A stretch of DNA of 64,000 bases from Diplonema japonicum (lineage: Eukaryota; Protista; Euglenozoa: Diplonemea): positions 124,001 through 188,000 of the forward strand of contig OZ025659.1 of the NCBI GenBank assembly GCA_964019335.1, in the 5' to 3' direction. The notes beneath the pieces are model-generated. The model saw only the letters and a program-made list of their open reading frames with translations, searched no databases and had not been told where the DNA came from. The position numbers and the translations under genes were made by a program. Position 1 is the stretch's first letter. Each line of letters starts with the position of its first letter. Positions 1 through 12,906 of this stretch are shown in pieces.

Positions 1-164
1 CGGGAAGCACCAAGTCGACTTTACCGCCCAACTTCAAGAAAGTAATCTTTTACACAGGAAGACACCTTCGACGCAGCCCTCTAAGAAGTAGCCTTGGTTA
101 CCCGGGCTGTCTTTTTCTTTTCCTTTCAAGTTGCCTATTGTCAAGGAACATGCGCACAACCTTG

Positions 165-425
165 TTGAGCATCAATGAAACATAGGGGACCTAAGCGGGT
201 AATTTGTGAAACTATGGGGGGTTTTTTGAGCATTTTGGAAACTAAGGGGTTGACTTTGAGCGATTTCCCGCCGTAGGGGCCTAGTTAGGGCATTTAAAAC
301 CTGGGGGGGTGTACTTTGAACACTTTGGAAACCTAGGGGGCGGGATTTGAGCGTTTTGAAGACTTAGGGGGTGGACTTTGAGCATTTTGGAAACCTAGGG
401 GTCAAGTTAGGACAAGTTAGGGCTC
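165..425. mobile_element. Probable terminal repeat of a Mutator/Foldback-like DNA transposon: about 8 imperfect tandem units of 30-31 bp
   Basis: Units resemble AAACCTAGGGGGTGGACTTTGAGCATTTTGG and end abruptly at GTTAGGGCTC (425), where homopolymer-rich host DNA begins. Long TIRs made of ~30-bp subrepeats with a G terminus are typical of MULEs. The other end is not in the window. Confidence 0.5.
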
Positions 426-491
426 TACCCCCCCCTTTTTTTTTAAAGCTTTTACAGAAAAAAAAAAAGAAAAAAAAGGGGGTTTTATTTT

Positions 492-974
492 TCATTTCCA
501 GCCAGCAGGCCGTCGGGTTTCCATGGTTGTCAGATGTATCTGACCGCAGCCCCGTTCCTCTAGTAACGTTTCGAAAGAGGGCACCACCAACCAGATATTC
601 GAATTGTGTGCCACCCTCGGCAGGAATGAGAATGAGTTTGCCAGCCTGCTTGAGATTACGATATCTTCTGGCGGTTCGTTGGACTCGGCGATTTCCGCTA
701 CTTTTATTACCATGCTGATGTGTGTGGGGGGTTTTTTGTCATTCTCTTTTCGCCGAGCCTGTACCTGGACTGGTTCGTAACCCCATCTGCATGTGTCTCG
801 GAGTGCTCCAGGAGAGGCGCCGCCCCACTGCCTGTACGCGTATTTCTCATGTGCTCTCCCTATTTCTTGTTGGATTTTTTTGGTCAGCCTGCCCAAGTCC
901 TTCACCCCCGCTACTTGCCTTTCAAGGTCTACAAGGACCGCAACTCTTTTTAATGCTGTAGTCGTTTTCAGCAT
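492..974 (-). CDS. NYN/LabA (PIN-fold) domain protein, apparently catalytically degenerate, possibly mitochondrial
   Basis: ATG at 974 follows an A tract. RVAVLVDLE...YAY..W...GYEPVQV...EDIVISS...SF...CGQIHL follows NYN spacing. Basic/hydroxylated N-terminus MLKTTTALKR. Confidence 0.55.
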   Translation of the reverse strand: MLKTTTALKRVAVLVDLERQVAGVKDLGRLTKKIQQEIGRAHEKYAYRQWGGASPGALRDTCRWGYEPVQVQARRKENDKKPPTHISMVIKVAEIAESNEPPEDIVISSRLANSFSFLPRVAHNSNIWLVVPSFETLLEERGCGQIHLTTMETRRPAGWK

Positions 975-1673
975 TTTTTTTTTTTTTGGCGGTTTCCTTT
1001 TTTTTGGGGGGTTTTTTTTGCGGTGAATCATTGGGGGAAATATAAAAAAAAAAAAAGGAAAACAACGTATATCTCGATCAGTGTGGAAGGTGAAAAAAAA
1101 GTTTTTTTACTGTAAGTGAAAGAAGTAAGAAAAAGAAATGTCGGCCTCTTACAGTATGCCCCGAGCGGGGGGGGGGGGGGGGGGGAACCAGAAATGAAAA
1201 AAAAAGAAAAAAAAAAAAGACATTTATGAATAATATTCGATTTGGGGATAAAATAAATCACTATGATGGAAAAGGTATTCAAACCACCGGTGGTGTGGTG
1301 CAAATGAATTTAAGGGAAAGATTAGGATTACAGTAAAAAGAAAAAGAAAAACCAAAAAAAAAAAAGATTTTAGGTGAGACCGGAGAAAGAAAACAGGGGG
1401 GAAATAAAAAGGGTAGGTTCTTTTTCTCCCCCCCCTTTCTCCACTGGGTTTTTCCCACCCGGCCAGAATAGTTACTGCTTAATGTAGGGGGGGGAAAAAA
1501 GAAAAGAAATTAAAAAAAGGAGGGGGGTGGTTTTTTTTCCCATTCTTTTTTCTCACCCTTCTCCACGTTTCCTTCTTTCTTTGTTTTTTTTTTCCTTCTT
1601 ATAATCTCCAATCTCCTTGATTTTTTTCATTTCACCCTCCCCCTCCTTCCGCTCAAGTACGAGAGAAAAAAAA

Positions 1674-1708
<35 letters not shown>

Positions 1709-1786
1709 AAAAAAAAAAATGACTAAAAAATTATCGGAAAAAAAAGAAAAAAGAAAAATAAAAACACACTTTTTCCAACTTTCCCA

Positions 1787-1966
1787 CTACTGGAACTGAA
1801 ACATGCGGGAGTAGGCCATGGACTTCTTACCGGGATGGGGCTGCGAAGTGAAAACTGTGTAGGATGGCCGGAAGTCAGGGTGCTTCAAGGTGATGAACGC
1901 AGCCTTGTTCCCCACAGTGTCGCAATAATTAGGGGCACTGAAAACCGTGATACACTTACCACCTGC

Positions 1967-2014
<48 letters not shown>

Positions 2015-3386
2015 CCCTCTTTGAAATACCATGTTCCACCACGTACCCCTCGTCCTTCACCTCGTGCGATCTGATCATGTAGTCCAACCCGTTTGTTTTC
2101 AGGAAATTCTCTGTCACATCCGGCCCAAATGTCACACCCACACCTCTCTTGTTCGGTGCCCTACCCGGCATGTCCATCGGATCAGACCAAAGCATTTGAC
2201 ACATCAGCCCACTGTCTGGCTCGCAAAATCTTGTTTCCTTGTTGATCATATCAATGGTAACGTTGTCCTGCCCGTACAGCCCGCCGTGCACGGTCCATAC
2301 TTTCCCGTTGATAACGTGGGAAAGAGGCAAGGACTGGAAGGCCTCCTGGAATAGATCGAAGAGGTCCCCACCTGACCCGAGTTTTGCGTTCACCTCACCT
2401 TCAAACCCGTAGACAGTGTTCAAGGACCGGCCTTCGTGGTTACCCCTCGACATGAAGAAATAATTGGGGTAGAGCAGCTGGAGGAGGATATTATTTATAT
2501 TGTTTTTTTTTTTTTTTTTTTGTACACCTTGTAACCCAGGAGCAAGAGGAAACACTCAACAGAGTAGCTGCCCCTGTCCACAAAATCACCATTGAAAAGG
2601 TACCAATTGTCAGGCGACGGGTCTCCTCCGAGCTTTTTTTTTATTTATTTTTCTTTTTTTATTCTGTTGACTTACCTTGAACAAATGAAGCAAATCGTAG
2701 AACTGCCCGTGTACATCACCGCATACGTTAACCCTGGCCCCCTCGGGGATGTTCACAGGGACGGCATTGGGGAAGGACGCGAAGACGTTTCTACCTTCGA
2801 CCAGCATTCCTGTGACGTCACGCTTGGAGGGCATCTTCTCTGCAGAAAGGTGTTTTTTAAGATCCTCTACAAATTCATGAGAGACCTTGCCGTCTGCCGG
2901 GAGACGAGGGCCTTCGTAGCTGGGGGGGATAGGGATCTCCAGCCATGGGCTGGCACCGTCATTAGCATATTTTTCACAGAGAAGACCCTTCTCTTCTGTT
3001 TTGATTGCAAGGAGAAATGCTTGGCGCTTGACCTCCTTGTCGCATTCTTTGAATTTCTTCGCTGCATCCGCGTCGCCTGGTTTCATCAAGGTTACCCTTT
3101 TATAATCTTTCAATGCTTCCTTCCACTTGCCAAGCATCACGTGCCCACTTGCGCGTCTGTAGTACGCCTTGGCGAAACCCGGTTCTAATTCAATGCTCCG
3201 TGTGGCGTCACTGATGGCAGCCCCTGCGCAGTCGGTCCTCAACAGTGCAAAGGCCCTGTTGCACAAAACCGGGGGTTGGGGGTCCAACTCAATGGATTTG
3301 GTGTACATGGCGATGGCTTGCGGGTATTTTTTTGCTTTGAAGTACGCGTTCCCCTCATCTTTCAGCTGCAGTGCTTCTTCGGACAT
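1787..3386 (-). CDS. PPP5C: Serine/threonine protein phosphatase 5 (TPR + PPP domain); introns 2633-2675, 2478-2527, 1963-2029
   Basis: N-terminal TPRs; motifs [37 protein letters not shown]. Removing three GT-AG introns gives one continuous frame. Confidence 0.95.
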
Positions 3387-4223
3387 TTTTTTTTTTCGGT
3401 TTTTTTTTCCCCTCCCTCACGCGCTCTATATCTTTGGTACCCTTTTTTTGTGGTTTTTTTTTAACGAAACGAAAAATAATGAAAAAGTGAGGAGGGGGGG
3501 GGGCATAAAAAATTGAGGGATGAGGGCGGGAAAAATGGGAAATACTCGGGGGGGGGGGGGGGGGGGGGGGGGAGATTTTGGGATGTTTTGTGAGCAGAAA
3601 AAAATCATGGTGGAAAAAAAAATGGAGGGGAGACAAGGGGGCGGGGACAAAAAAAAAAACAATTCAAAAGAAATAAAATCAACAATGGGAAAGGGGAGCC
3701 GAAGGTTATCCTAAGAGATAGCAAATACAAAAAATTCACTATGATAGGAACGAAGTGGTTAGCAACGGCCCGCCAAAAAAAACAAAGAGAAAATATTGGG
3801 GGGGGGGCCGAATACCAACTATAAAAGAAAAAAGGGACTTTTTCTATTTTCCTCTTCTTTTTCGCCCCTGTTTCCTTTCCTTTTTTTTTCAGGTAAAAAA
3901 AATAAAGAAAATACATTGCGTACGAACTGCTGAGGAGAAAAAAGAAGGGGGGGGGGGAGAAAAGAAAAAACAGGAAAAAACGGGATAAGAACGAGCAACA
4001 AAAAAGGAACAGGGAGAAGGGCTAAAGGAAAGAGAGAAAATAAAAAAGCACTATCCAAGTTTTTTTTTTTAAAGAGTGGTGGGGGGGTTAGCCTCCCTGT
4101 CTTTATTTGTTTGTCACTCTCCTGATTCCCTAAGCCGGAAAAAGAGAAAATAAATCTTGAAAAAAAAGGGTGGGGGTATTGGCTTTTTCAAAATATTGTG
4201 CCCAAGCACACGGATTCAAAGTT

Positions 4224-4263
<40 letters not shown>

Positions 4264-4440
4264 CGTTTCCCATGTTCTTTCAGTTCATCCCACGCAGGCA
4301 CTCTTGTGTGTTTATTTTTTTCCCAAAAAAAAGGGGTTCTGGATCACCTTTTTTTTTTTACTCTAATTTTTTACAACGCACAAAAAAAGGGGGCTGACAA
4401 TTTGTCCTTTTTTCTTTCTTTCTGTTTTCCTTCTCATCAT

Positions 4441-5621
4441 CTAATTCTCTGTTTTGACTGGCTGAGGCTGTTTCTTCTTGCTGCTCTGCTTTTTAGGAGC
4501 TTCGTTCCCCAAAGCGGAGCCCCAGTTCCCCCTCGACCCCAGTCCAAGAGCTTCCTTGCCTTCTGCAGAGGGGATCGTCTCGCTCTTTACAGGAACACCT
4601 TTGCCACCCTTCTGGCCCTTACCCCCTGCAACTTTCTTCCCGGAAGCTGCTCCCGCTGCCGCGGCCGCCATGGCAGGGTACGTAGGGAAGGTCCCGTTGT
4701 TCATTTGCTGCTGTTGTTGTTGTTGTTGTTGCTGTTGTTGATAGTAGTAGAGGTACATCTGTTGTTGCTGGGCCCAGCCGTTCATTGAGTTCGCGCCTTG
4801 TGCGTTGCCTCCCTGTCCCTGTGCTTGTGCTTGTCCCTGCGCCTGTGCCTGGGCTTGCCCCTGTGCCTGCGTTGGAGCCTGTGCCTGTCCTTGCCAGTTT
4901 GGGTAATAGTAACCGTTTTGTGGCATGTAGTTCCCAGGAAGCTGTTTCCCTTCCACGGGCTTGGCTTGGTTTCCACCAGCCCAGGTTGACCACGGGAGTT
5001 GCGCACCGTTCGCTGACGGTGCCGCTTGCGCAGCTTGCGATGGAGCAGCTGCCTCCGTAGTGGGCGAAGCAGAGGGCGCGGGTTGAGGCTGTTTGGTACT
5101 TGTTTTGGGCTTCGTGGGGTTTGGCTGCTTCCCGATGGTGATGCCGTTTGCGGGGGCACCGATGACGGAGCCAAGAGCCGTGCTTGTCCCAAAACGCGGC
5201 CGCAGGCTGTAGTCAATGGCCCAGCTCTGACTTGCTGAAGGGGGTTGGTGTTGTTGCTGCTGTGGGTCGGTGTTGGTTCCCCAGCCGGACCTGTTGTACA
5301 CGTGTTGGTCATCACCGGGCTTCGTCTGTGCCTGGCCTTCCGCAGGGTAGAATGGAGCTGCCGAGACAGAGAACGTCGTAGGCCCTGCAGTGGCAGCGGG
5401 CGAGGGCTCGGGTTTCTTTTCCGTTGTGTCCACCGGAGCCTGAGGCCTTGGGGGACTGCCAAGCCCTCCTCCCAAGTGGTTAGTAATGGACTGCACGTCA
5501 CCGATGCCTAACCCCCAGTTGGCCCTGTTGAATGGTTTCGGTACAAATGGAGGTGCATCCGCCGCTTCCCTGTCCAGCAATCTCCCGCTTTTCGACCTCT
5601 TCGGTTCCTGTTGGTTTTTGT

Positions 5622-5654
<33 letters not shown>

Positions 5655-6973
5655 TGTTGTTTTCTAGTACCTCTTCCTTTGTTTCGCCTTCCCCCTTGAC
5701 GGCGGTCTTTTCCTTCACTTCAGGGTCGATCTGCGCCTTCTTCTCTTCGTTTGCCTTCTCCGCCCTTTTCTCCGCTTTCGTTTTCTTCTGCGTTTTTTTT
5801 TTTTTTTTTTTTTTTTTTTTGTTAAAAAGGTGTATTAGGGGATACCTTCTTGGGTTCTTCTTTTTCCTTTTCTTTCTCTTTCTTCTTTTCCTTTTCCTTC
5901 TTCACGGGTTCAGGGTGCTGTTTCTTCTCGGGTTCCTTCTCCTTCTCTTTTTCCTTCTCTTTCTCCTGAGCTTTGTTTTTCTTCTTCTTTTTGTTTTTGG
6001 ACTCTTTTTCCTCGGGGGCTGTGGATGCGGGGGTAGGGGTGGCGGCGACGGTGGGGGCGGGGGCGGGAGCAGGGGCGGTTTCCTCGGGCTGCACAACAAC
6101 CTGCTCTTGTTGCTGGTCTGCTTTGTCACCACTGAAGGAGAAAAGATCCTTCTTGGGAACCTGCATGTCGAAGGGGAGCACCACTTTCGCATTCTGTTCC
6201 TCATACACGGCGGCGGCACGAGCAGCAGAAGGCGATCGCTGCCTTGCAGCAGACCTCGATCTGTTCCGGGAAGCAGAAGGTGACCTCCCCGACCTTCCTC
6301 TTGTAATCTCGCGGTCTTTAACCCGCAGGGGGGGTGCTACAGCAATATCTTTCTTCTCTTCTTTCTTCTTTCCAACCAATGCCGACCAAGATGGGACCTG
6401 TACGGCGGGCTCAGCGGGAAGGGGCTCTACCGTGACCTCTCTTGCTGCTGCTGGTGCGAATAAAGGAGTCGAGATTCTACTGGAAGCCTTGACTTCAGGA
6501 GGCTCAGAGATCTCGTCTTCGCTCATTGCAGCCCATTCAATTACTTCTTTGACAGGTTTGGGCTCGGGTTTTGGCTGTCGCGATTGGGGCTTTTCTGGGG
6601 GGGTGGCAGCGGTGGTGGTGTTTGAGGAGCTGTTGTTGTTGCGGAGCATTTCTGCGAAGGACATTCCTCGCTGCGAAACGGTGCCAGAGATGCCCACGTT
6701 GTAGGTAACGATCCTTGCTCCTTGCGACGTGTTTACCTCCCGTTCAATTTCGCCCTTCTTTTTTTTCTCGGTCGCTCCGTCTGCTGCGTTTGGCGCACGC
6801 TTCGTAGCGGCACTTCGCTGTGATTCGATATTTTTGATGTTCGTAGGGGCCCGGTATCTGGTTTTTTTTTTTTCTTTCTTTTTTCTTTTTGAAAGAACAT
6901 ACCCTGCTGACTTTTTCTGTTTCATCTGGCCTCCACCTGCACCCCGTCTCCCATTTGAGCTTGCCCTCCTCAT
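4441..6973 (-). CDS. Low-complexity K/E- and Q-rich protein with PAM2-like (PABP-binding) motifs; introns 6858-6902, 5788-5845, 5608-5670
   Basis: ORFs 5822-6973 and 4441-5718 join in frame through the GT-AG intron 5788-5845. FSVSAAPFYP and AADAPPFVP resemble PAM2. Poly-Q tracts. Confidence 0.7.
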
Positions 6974-7047
6974 GCCTAGTACGGCCTACTTGTGTTCGTG
7001 TGGTGTTTTCGAGTTCTTTTTTTTTAATGTCCCTTTTTTGTGAGCGT

Positions 7048-7099
<52 letters not shown>

Positions 7100-7455
7100 A
7101 AAAAAATATATTGAAGCAATGGAAGAAGGGGGGTAAAAAAAAAGGATTAGAAAAACCATAAAAAGGGGGGTTTTTTAAATAAAAAACTAAAGGAAAAGCA
7201 TGGAAGAAAAAAAGAAGAAAAAAAACTAATAGAATCAACACAAACTTGTCCAAAGAGAGGGGGACGAAAAAAAAAAACTTTGATGAAACAAAAAAAAAAA
7301 AAAAAAACCACATTTTTTTTTCTTCCTCCCCTCCCCTCACTTTTTAAATACCCTCCAGCGGCCGGCTGAAATAACCGGCGAAAGGAATGTGCCCGCGGAA
7401 ACGCAAAAAAAAAAAAAAAAAAAAAAAAGAAATGAAGAAGGGGGAAAAAAAAACA

Positions 7456-10433
7456 CTATTTCCCAGTAATACGACCGACGCCAATGGCGGACCCCGCTGC
7501 CAAGAGGCGTTGGGTTTCACTGTCAAGGGTATTGAGCAGTAGTTTCTTCGCGCTCTGCACATCGGCGTGAGTTTGACCATCGATTTGCAAGTACAGTTTT
7601 CGTTCACCGGGCGGCGCCTTACCCTTCTTGCAGTAGATACCTTTGGCCATGACGGTCGCTTCAATACCCTGCTCTTCAAGTATGGTTTGGCACTGCTCAC
7701 GGTTGGTGACCTTCCACCTAGCTTGCACAGGGTAGTCGTTGATTTCAATTTCAGAGGTGAATTTATTTCTGTTTTTTTTTTTTTTTTCTTTTCTTTTTTT
7801 TTTTTTTTTTTTCCATACTGTTCCGCCATTTCCTGTGCCTTTGCCAGCTGCAGAGAGAGCGTTTTCGCGTACTCCTGCGCCTTGTTCACCTTTGCCATCG
7901 AGTGGATGGCCACTGTCCCACCTGCCTTCGTGTAAGAAGTAGGCCTTTCCTTGTCAATGTTGACCTCCACGTGCTCATCGTCAGACGGGTTATCATTCTG
8001 CTTTTGTTATTTTTTTTTTCTTTTTTTTTTTCCCCATCAAAACACACCTCTTCACTGTCGTTGTCGTCGACCAAGCCCCTTGCCCGCATCTGTGCCTTGA
8101 TGTCCTCTTTTTTCCTGCGCGACTCCTCCTTGTCGAATTTGTAGCCCCGGCCTCCGAAGCCTCTGCACAGTTGGTTTTTTAAATAAAAAGAACTTTTTTT
8201 TTCCCCGCCCACCATACCCATTTGGCCTGAAGTAAGGTACCAAACCGTTCTTCTTTTTCGTCCAGAAATCGTTGGCAATGTGTTGGAGTTCTTCGGGGAT
8301 GTCGTTGTTTGAAGATTCCAGTGCGCGGACCAACCACGTGGCGTGCTGCTCATCCTCACCTATGGTGTAGAAGGAGAAGGCTGTCCCACGCTTCCCAGCA
8401 CGACCCGTGCGTCCAATTCGGTGGATGTAGTCCTCAAAGTGCGAAGGGATGGTGTAGTTAATAACAAGCTCAAGGTCGGGTACGTCAATACCTCGGGAGG
8501 CCACTGAGGTGGCGATGAGAACGCGTTTGCCTGACATGTCGAAATCGTGAAGCGCAAGATCTCGATCGATCTGGTCCATGCCTCCGTGGAGCATGATGCA
8601 CTGGTTGCTGTACCCCGCGTCGTACATGCTTTTCCACAAGATATCGACCTCTTCCTGGCTCTTCGTGAAGACGAGGATCAGCCCCTTGTCGTACCACTCG
8701 CCCACGATTTGCAGAAGCCGTAAGAATTTGTGGTTTGCATCTTCGAAACATTCTACAAATTGAGTCACGTTGGTAGAAGGGTTGCACCGCCCACCAATAA
8801 CGACCTCCGCGGGGTTCACTAGAAACCTCTTTGCAGCGGCTTCGATTTGTTTGGGGAACGTGGCGGAAAACATAACCATTTGCCTGTCAGGTTGGATGTT
8901 TTGAACAATCTTCGCAACCTGCGGACCGAACCCAAGATCGAACATTCTGTCCGCCTCGTCCAAAACGCAGAACGAAGCTCGCGACGTGTTCACAACTTTT
9001 CCTTTGTTCGCTACCATTAAGTCGATCAACCTACCGGGTGTTCCTACTATAACGTGGACTCCTCTTCTGCATTCTGCAATCTGTTCTGAGATCCCCACAC
9101 CGCCGTATGCAGCGAGGGACTTCACCCCGACTTTCTTCCCGAACTTCACAAACTCCTTTTGAATTTGTGTAGCGAGCTCTCTTGTGGGAATCAATACAAA
9201 TCCTATCGGCCCGTCGAAATCCCCCAAAGGAGGTTGGTCCAATATATGCCGGATCATTGGTAGAACATATGCCAGGGTTTTCCCGCTTCCTGTTCTCGCG
9301 CATCCTATCATGTCACGTCCGGACATGATTAAAGGGATAGCTTGAGCTTGGATGGGAAATGGGACTTCGTAGTTGTGCGATTTGAGGTCGGAGAGGACCG
9401 ATTCGGTTAGCCCGCATTGTTCCCATTTTTCGATGGGGGCGGGGATGCATTCGCCGCGTACTTTGATTTTGTCCAGGGCTCTGCGGCGTTCTTTGACCTG
9501 TTCAGGTGTGAGGGTTTTAACGGCTTTAGCTTCGACGTAGAAATCCTTTCGGAAGGGGATGTAGTCGCGGGTGTCGTGGTTGATAGGGTTCAAATCCTTC
9601 ACCTTCCCCTCGGTGTTGGTCAGCTTGTAGGATCGTTCTTTGAAGTCTGCATCGTCGAAGTCAAGCTGCATTTCTTGTTTTTCTTTTTCGCTTTGTTGCT
9701 GCAGTTTTTCGAGCTTGGCCTGGTCGGCCCTTTCTTTCTCTTCTTTACGTTTTACCTCAAGCTCCGCCTCGTCGATTGTAACAGGTTTGATATTTTTCAA
9801 CGCGTCTAAGAAGTTGTTGTCGCTTTCTTGGTTTGCTGGTTCGTCGGTGGCATCTTTTGTTTTTCTCCGTTCTCTCCAGTTCAGCGTTCGGATCTCGTCA
9901 AGGGCTACGGTTGTTTTTGCCTTGTCGTTGACACCTATGATGCTTGGAAGGGAGTCGCATTTGCTGTTGTTGTCGGCGAGGAATGCGGAGAAGGGGTCGA
10001 CATGGTCTTCAGCCATGCTGTTTGAAGTGTGAGTGTCTGTGATGGGTTGTTCGTCTTCCTCTTCATCGTGGTCCGATTCATGCCAACCTCGGTTTTCCAT
10101 TTCCCATTGGAGTCTTCGCTGTTCGTATTCGTTTTCCTCGGCGGCTTTTACCTTCGCTCTCACCTTTTGTATCTTTTCGACTTTTAATTTTCGTTGGTTC
10201 GCCTCCTCCTCGAGGTCCATTTGCTCGCGTGCTCTTTGTTCCGCCAGAATTTCTGCGGGGGTCTTCGCTGCCATCAGCAGTTTTTCCTTATCCGCGGCGC
10301 GTTGTTTTCTCCTCTCCTCTTTTCGTTTTTCGTGTGCTTCTCGGCGTAATCGCCTCGAATTTTCGTTTACTCTTCTCGCATCAGAATCTTCAGAGCTGCT
10401 GCTGGATGACCGCTTTCTTTTCGGGACCCCCAT
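7456..10433 (-). CDS. DDX46: DEAD-box RNA helicase DDX46/Prp5; introns 8163-8217, 7998-8047, 7769-7818
   Basis: Q motif, ARTGSGKT, PTRELA, TPGR, DEADRMFDLGF, SAT, HRIGRTGRAG. Spliced C-terminus gives GFGGRGYKF and EIEINDYPVQARWKVT...GERKLYL, the Prp5 KH-like domain. Confidence 0.93.
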
Positions 10434-10647
10434 GCTGGGTTTTTATTTTCTTTTTTTTCCCCTCTTTCTTCTCCGATGTCCTTTGGGGGTGAGGGTGATA
10501 TTATTTTTGTTATTATTATTATTATTATTTTTTTTTTTTTAGGCCACACTTTCTTCTTTCTTCTGTTTTTTTTTTTACTCATAAAAAAAAAAAGCCAAGA
10601 GGGAAACATAAAAGATGTCTCGAGGGAAAACACCTTTTTTTTTTTGC

Positions 10648-10686
<39 letters not shown>

Positions 10687-10730
10687 CGACGGTCCCCTTT
10701 TTTTTTGTTTTCTCTTTTTCTTCTCCCTCC

Positions 10731-10936
10731 TCAATCCGAATCCGACAAGATGTCTGCAAACTGTGAGGGGGGTATTTTTTTTTTTTTTTTTTGTCCTCTT
10801 AGACACCACATACCCTATCTTTAGCACTCGCCATTGATTGCAACTTGCGGGCTTGTTCCTCGACTGCCTTCTTCTGCTGTTCTAGAGATGTTTTGTAGTC
10901 GCTCCAATTCTGTGTGGGGGGTTTTTTCTTCTTCTT

Positions 10937-10971
<35 letters not shown>

Positions 10972-11503
10972 ATACATGTTTCATGATGTCCTCTTCGCCC
11001 CTTTCTGTGACCGTGGTCTCGGTGATGGACTCCACTTCCTTCCTCCGCTTGGCTTTTCGCTCGCTGGCGAAGTGCTCGGATTTGTTCCGGCTTTCTTCGA
11101 TCGCCCGTTTTCTTCTATCGCCTGAAGTTTCGATTGCGACGCTGTTTTGCGCCATGTCAACCTCCTTAGGGATGAAGAGCCCCTGGCCAACCGTGTCCTG
11201 GTCGGACCACATGAACTGGTTCTCTTTTGAACCAAAGGCTTTTTGCGTGGTCCCCTTCGCACCCCCGCCACTCCCTACGTTCAGTGGGTCGATTCTCATA
11301 AGCCTTGCGACTTGTTCGACCGCTTTTCCATATTGGTTCACCGCTGATTTTGCCATCTCTTCGTTGCCTTCCCTCACCGCCGTCCTATGCTTTTTAACGA
11401 TCTTTCGCACACGCCATCTTCTCAAGCTGTCCTCCCAGCCCACAGGACGAGGGGCCTGCCGGGCACGGTACTGGTCCTCGATGGACTGCAATACAGCCGC
11501 CAT
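10731..11503 (-). CDS. Hypothetical coiled-coil protein; introns 10910-10975 and 10761-10813
   Basis: ORF after an A tract; two GTATG...CAG introns; last exon FADILSDSD*. Confidence 0.7.
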
Positions 11504-11995
11504 TTTTTTCTTCTTTTTTTTTTTTTTTCTCTTTGTAATTTCCGTTGTATTATTTGTTCAGATGGCTGGGACAAGGGCCGCGGCCATAATTCCTCGGCGG
11601 GTCAACTAAAGGTCGAGCTGGAGACGAAGACGAGGTGGGTGATCAAAGACCTCAGCGCGCCCAGGAGCATGCCGATAGAACCACAAGGTCCTGCTGGTAC
11701 TGACACAGCCACAAAAAGTGAAGATACGGGTTTGGCCTTTGGTGATAACCCTGAATCTATTTTCTTGGTCCTGTCACGAAAGAAGCGCGTTGACTGTAAT
11801 GCAGCAATTGTAAATGTCATGGGGAAGTTAAAACATATAACATGTAACCCAAACCTGACAGCAGCAGAGTGCAGAAAAAAACCCCGAACAGCTGTGACAA
11901 CGAATCCAGATGCAACAACAACAACAACAATAAATAAATAAAAAAAAGAACACAAAAAATTCTAAAATAAGGACAGTTTTTTTCTTTTTTTTCTT

Positions 11996-12538
11996 CTAAA
12001 ACCCAGAAACGGCTTGCGCCTGCGTCATTGTCGTCGTCGTTGTGTGCTGGTGCATGATGTGCCCGGTGCTGTGCATGATCCCCAGGTTCGTATTGGTTTG
12101 GGAAAGAAGGAGTTTCTTCTCTTCCTCGATCCTGGACCGCCACTTGGCACGGTCCTCCTCTATTATATTGTCTAGCTCACGGATCTTCCTGGCGAGCATG
12201 CTGTTCTTGCTCTTGCAGGCAGAGATCTCGGATGCGGTTTCGTTGATGCAGCCGTCCAGCTTCAAAAAGGTTTCCTGCCGCTGCTTCATCAAGGACCGGA
12301 AGTAGACCTCATTCTTCATGAACGACTCCACAAGCCCTCCGGTGGCGCTTTGCCCAGAAAACGAGTCCCTTTTCGTCCTGGGGTACGCCTCAGCATTCAG
12401 CGGGGGGGTTTCAATCCTCATTGGTTCCATCGACTCCACAGCACTATCAGGCTCCGGAAGGACAACTTGAGAAGGGGTTAATGTTGTTGCTTGCGCGACA
12501 GGAACAGGTGGGAGGCCTGCTCCGTTGTTGGGTTGGCT

Positions 12539-12571
<33 letters not shown>

Positions 12572-12906
12572 CTGCTGCTGAAGAGGAGGAGGGGGGGGTT
12601 GTGTTTCGGCTACCTGCATCTGTTGCACTGTCAGCTCCTCCTTCATCCCAGCCTCTTCGGGTGTCACAATCTCGACGTACCCCTCAGGGACAAAGCCTTC
12701 TTTTCTTTCCCCGGATATTGTCTCTACCTGCACCCACCCAGGGGATTCCACTTGCTGTTCTGTAAAGGGGGGTATTGTTATTATTATTATTATTGCTATT
12801 TATTTTTTTTTATACCTGTTAACGTTACAATAGTGTCCTTAGCCACTGTCAGTTCCACATCATCAGCAGCTTCAAAGTTGTACAGGACACGGAGGTACTG
12901 AGGCAT
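11996..12906 (-). CDS. SH3-domain protein with C-terminal coiled coil; intron 12760-12815
   Basis: Exon 1 MPQYLRVLYNFEAADDVELTV joins GWVQV...GFVPEGYVE, giving the SH3 consensus. Q/P-rich linker. Confidence 0.85.

Noticed and set aside
5608-5670. Programmed poly-lysine tracts or ribosomal frameshifting at A runs inside ORFs
   Set aside because: Each such run is bounded by GT...AG, and in conserved genes its removal restores the expected motifs.
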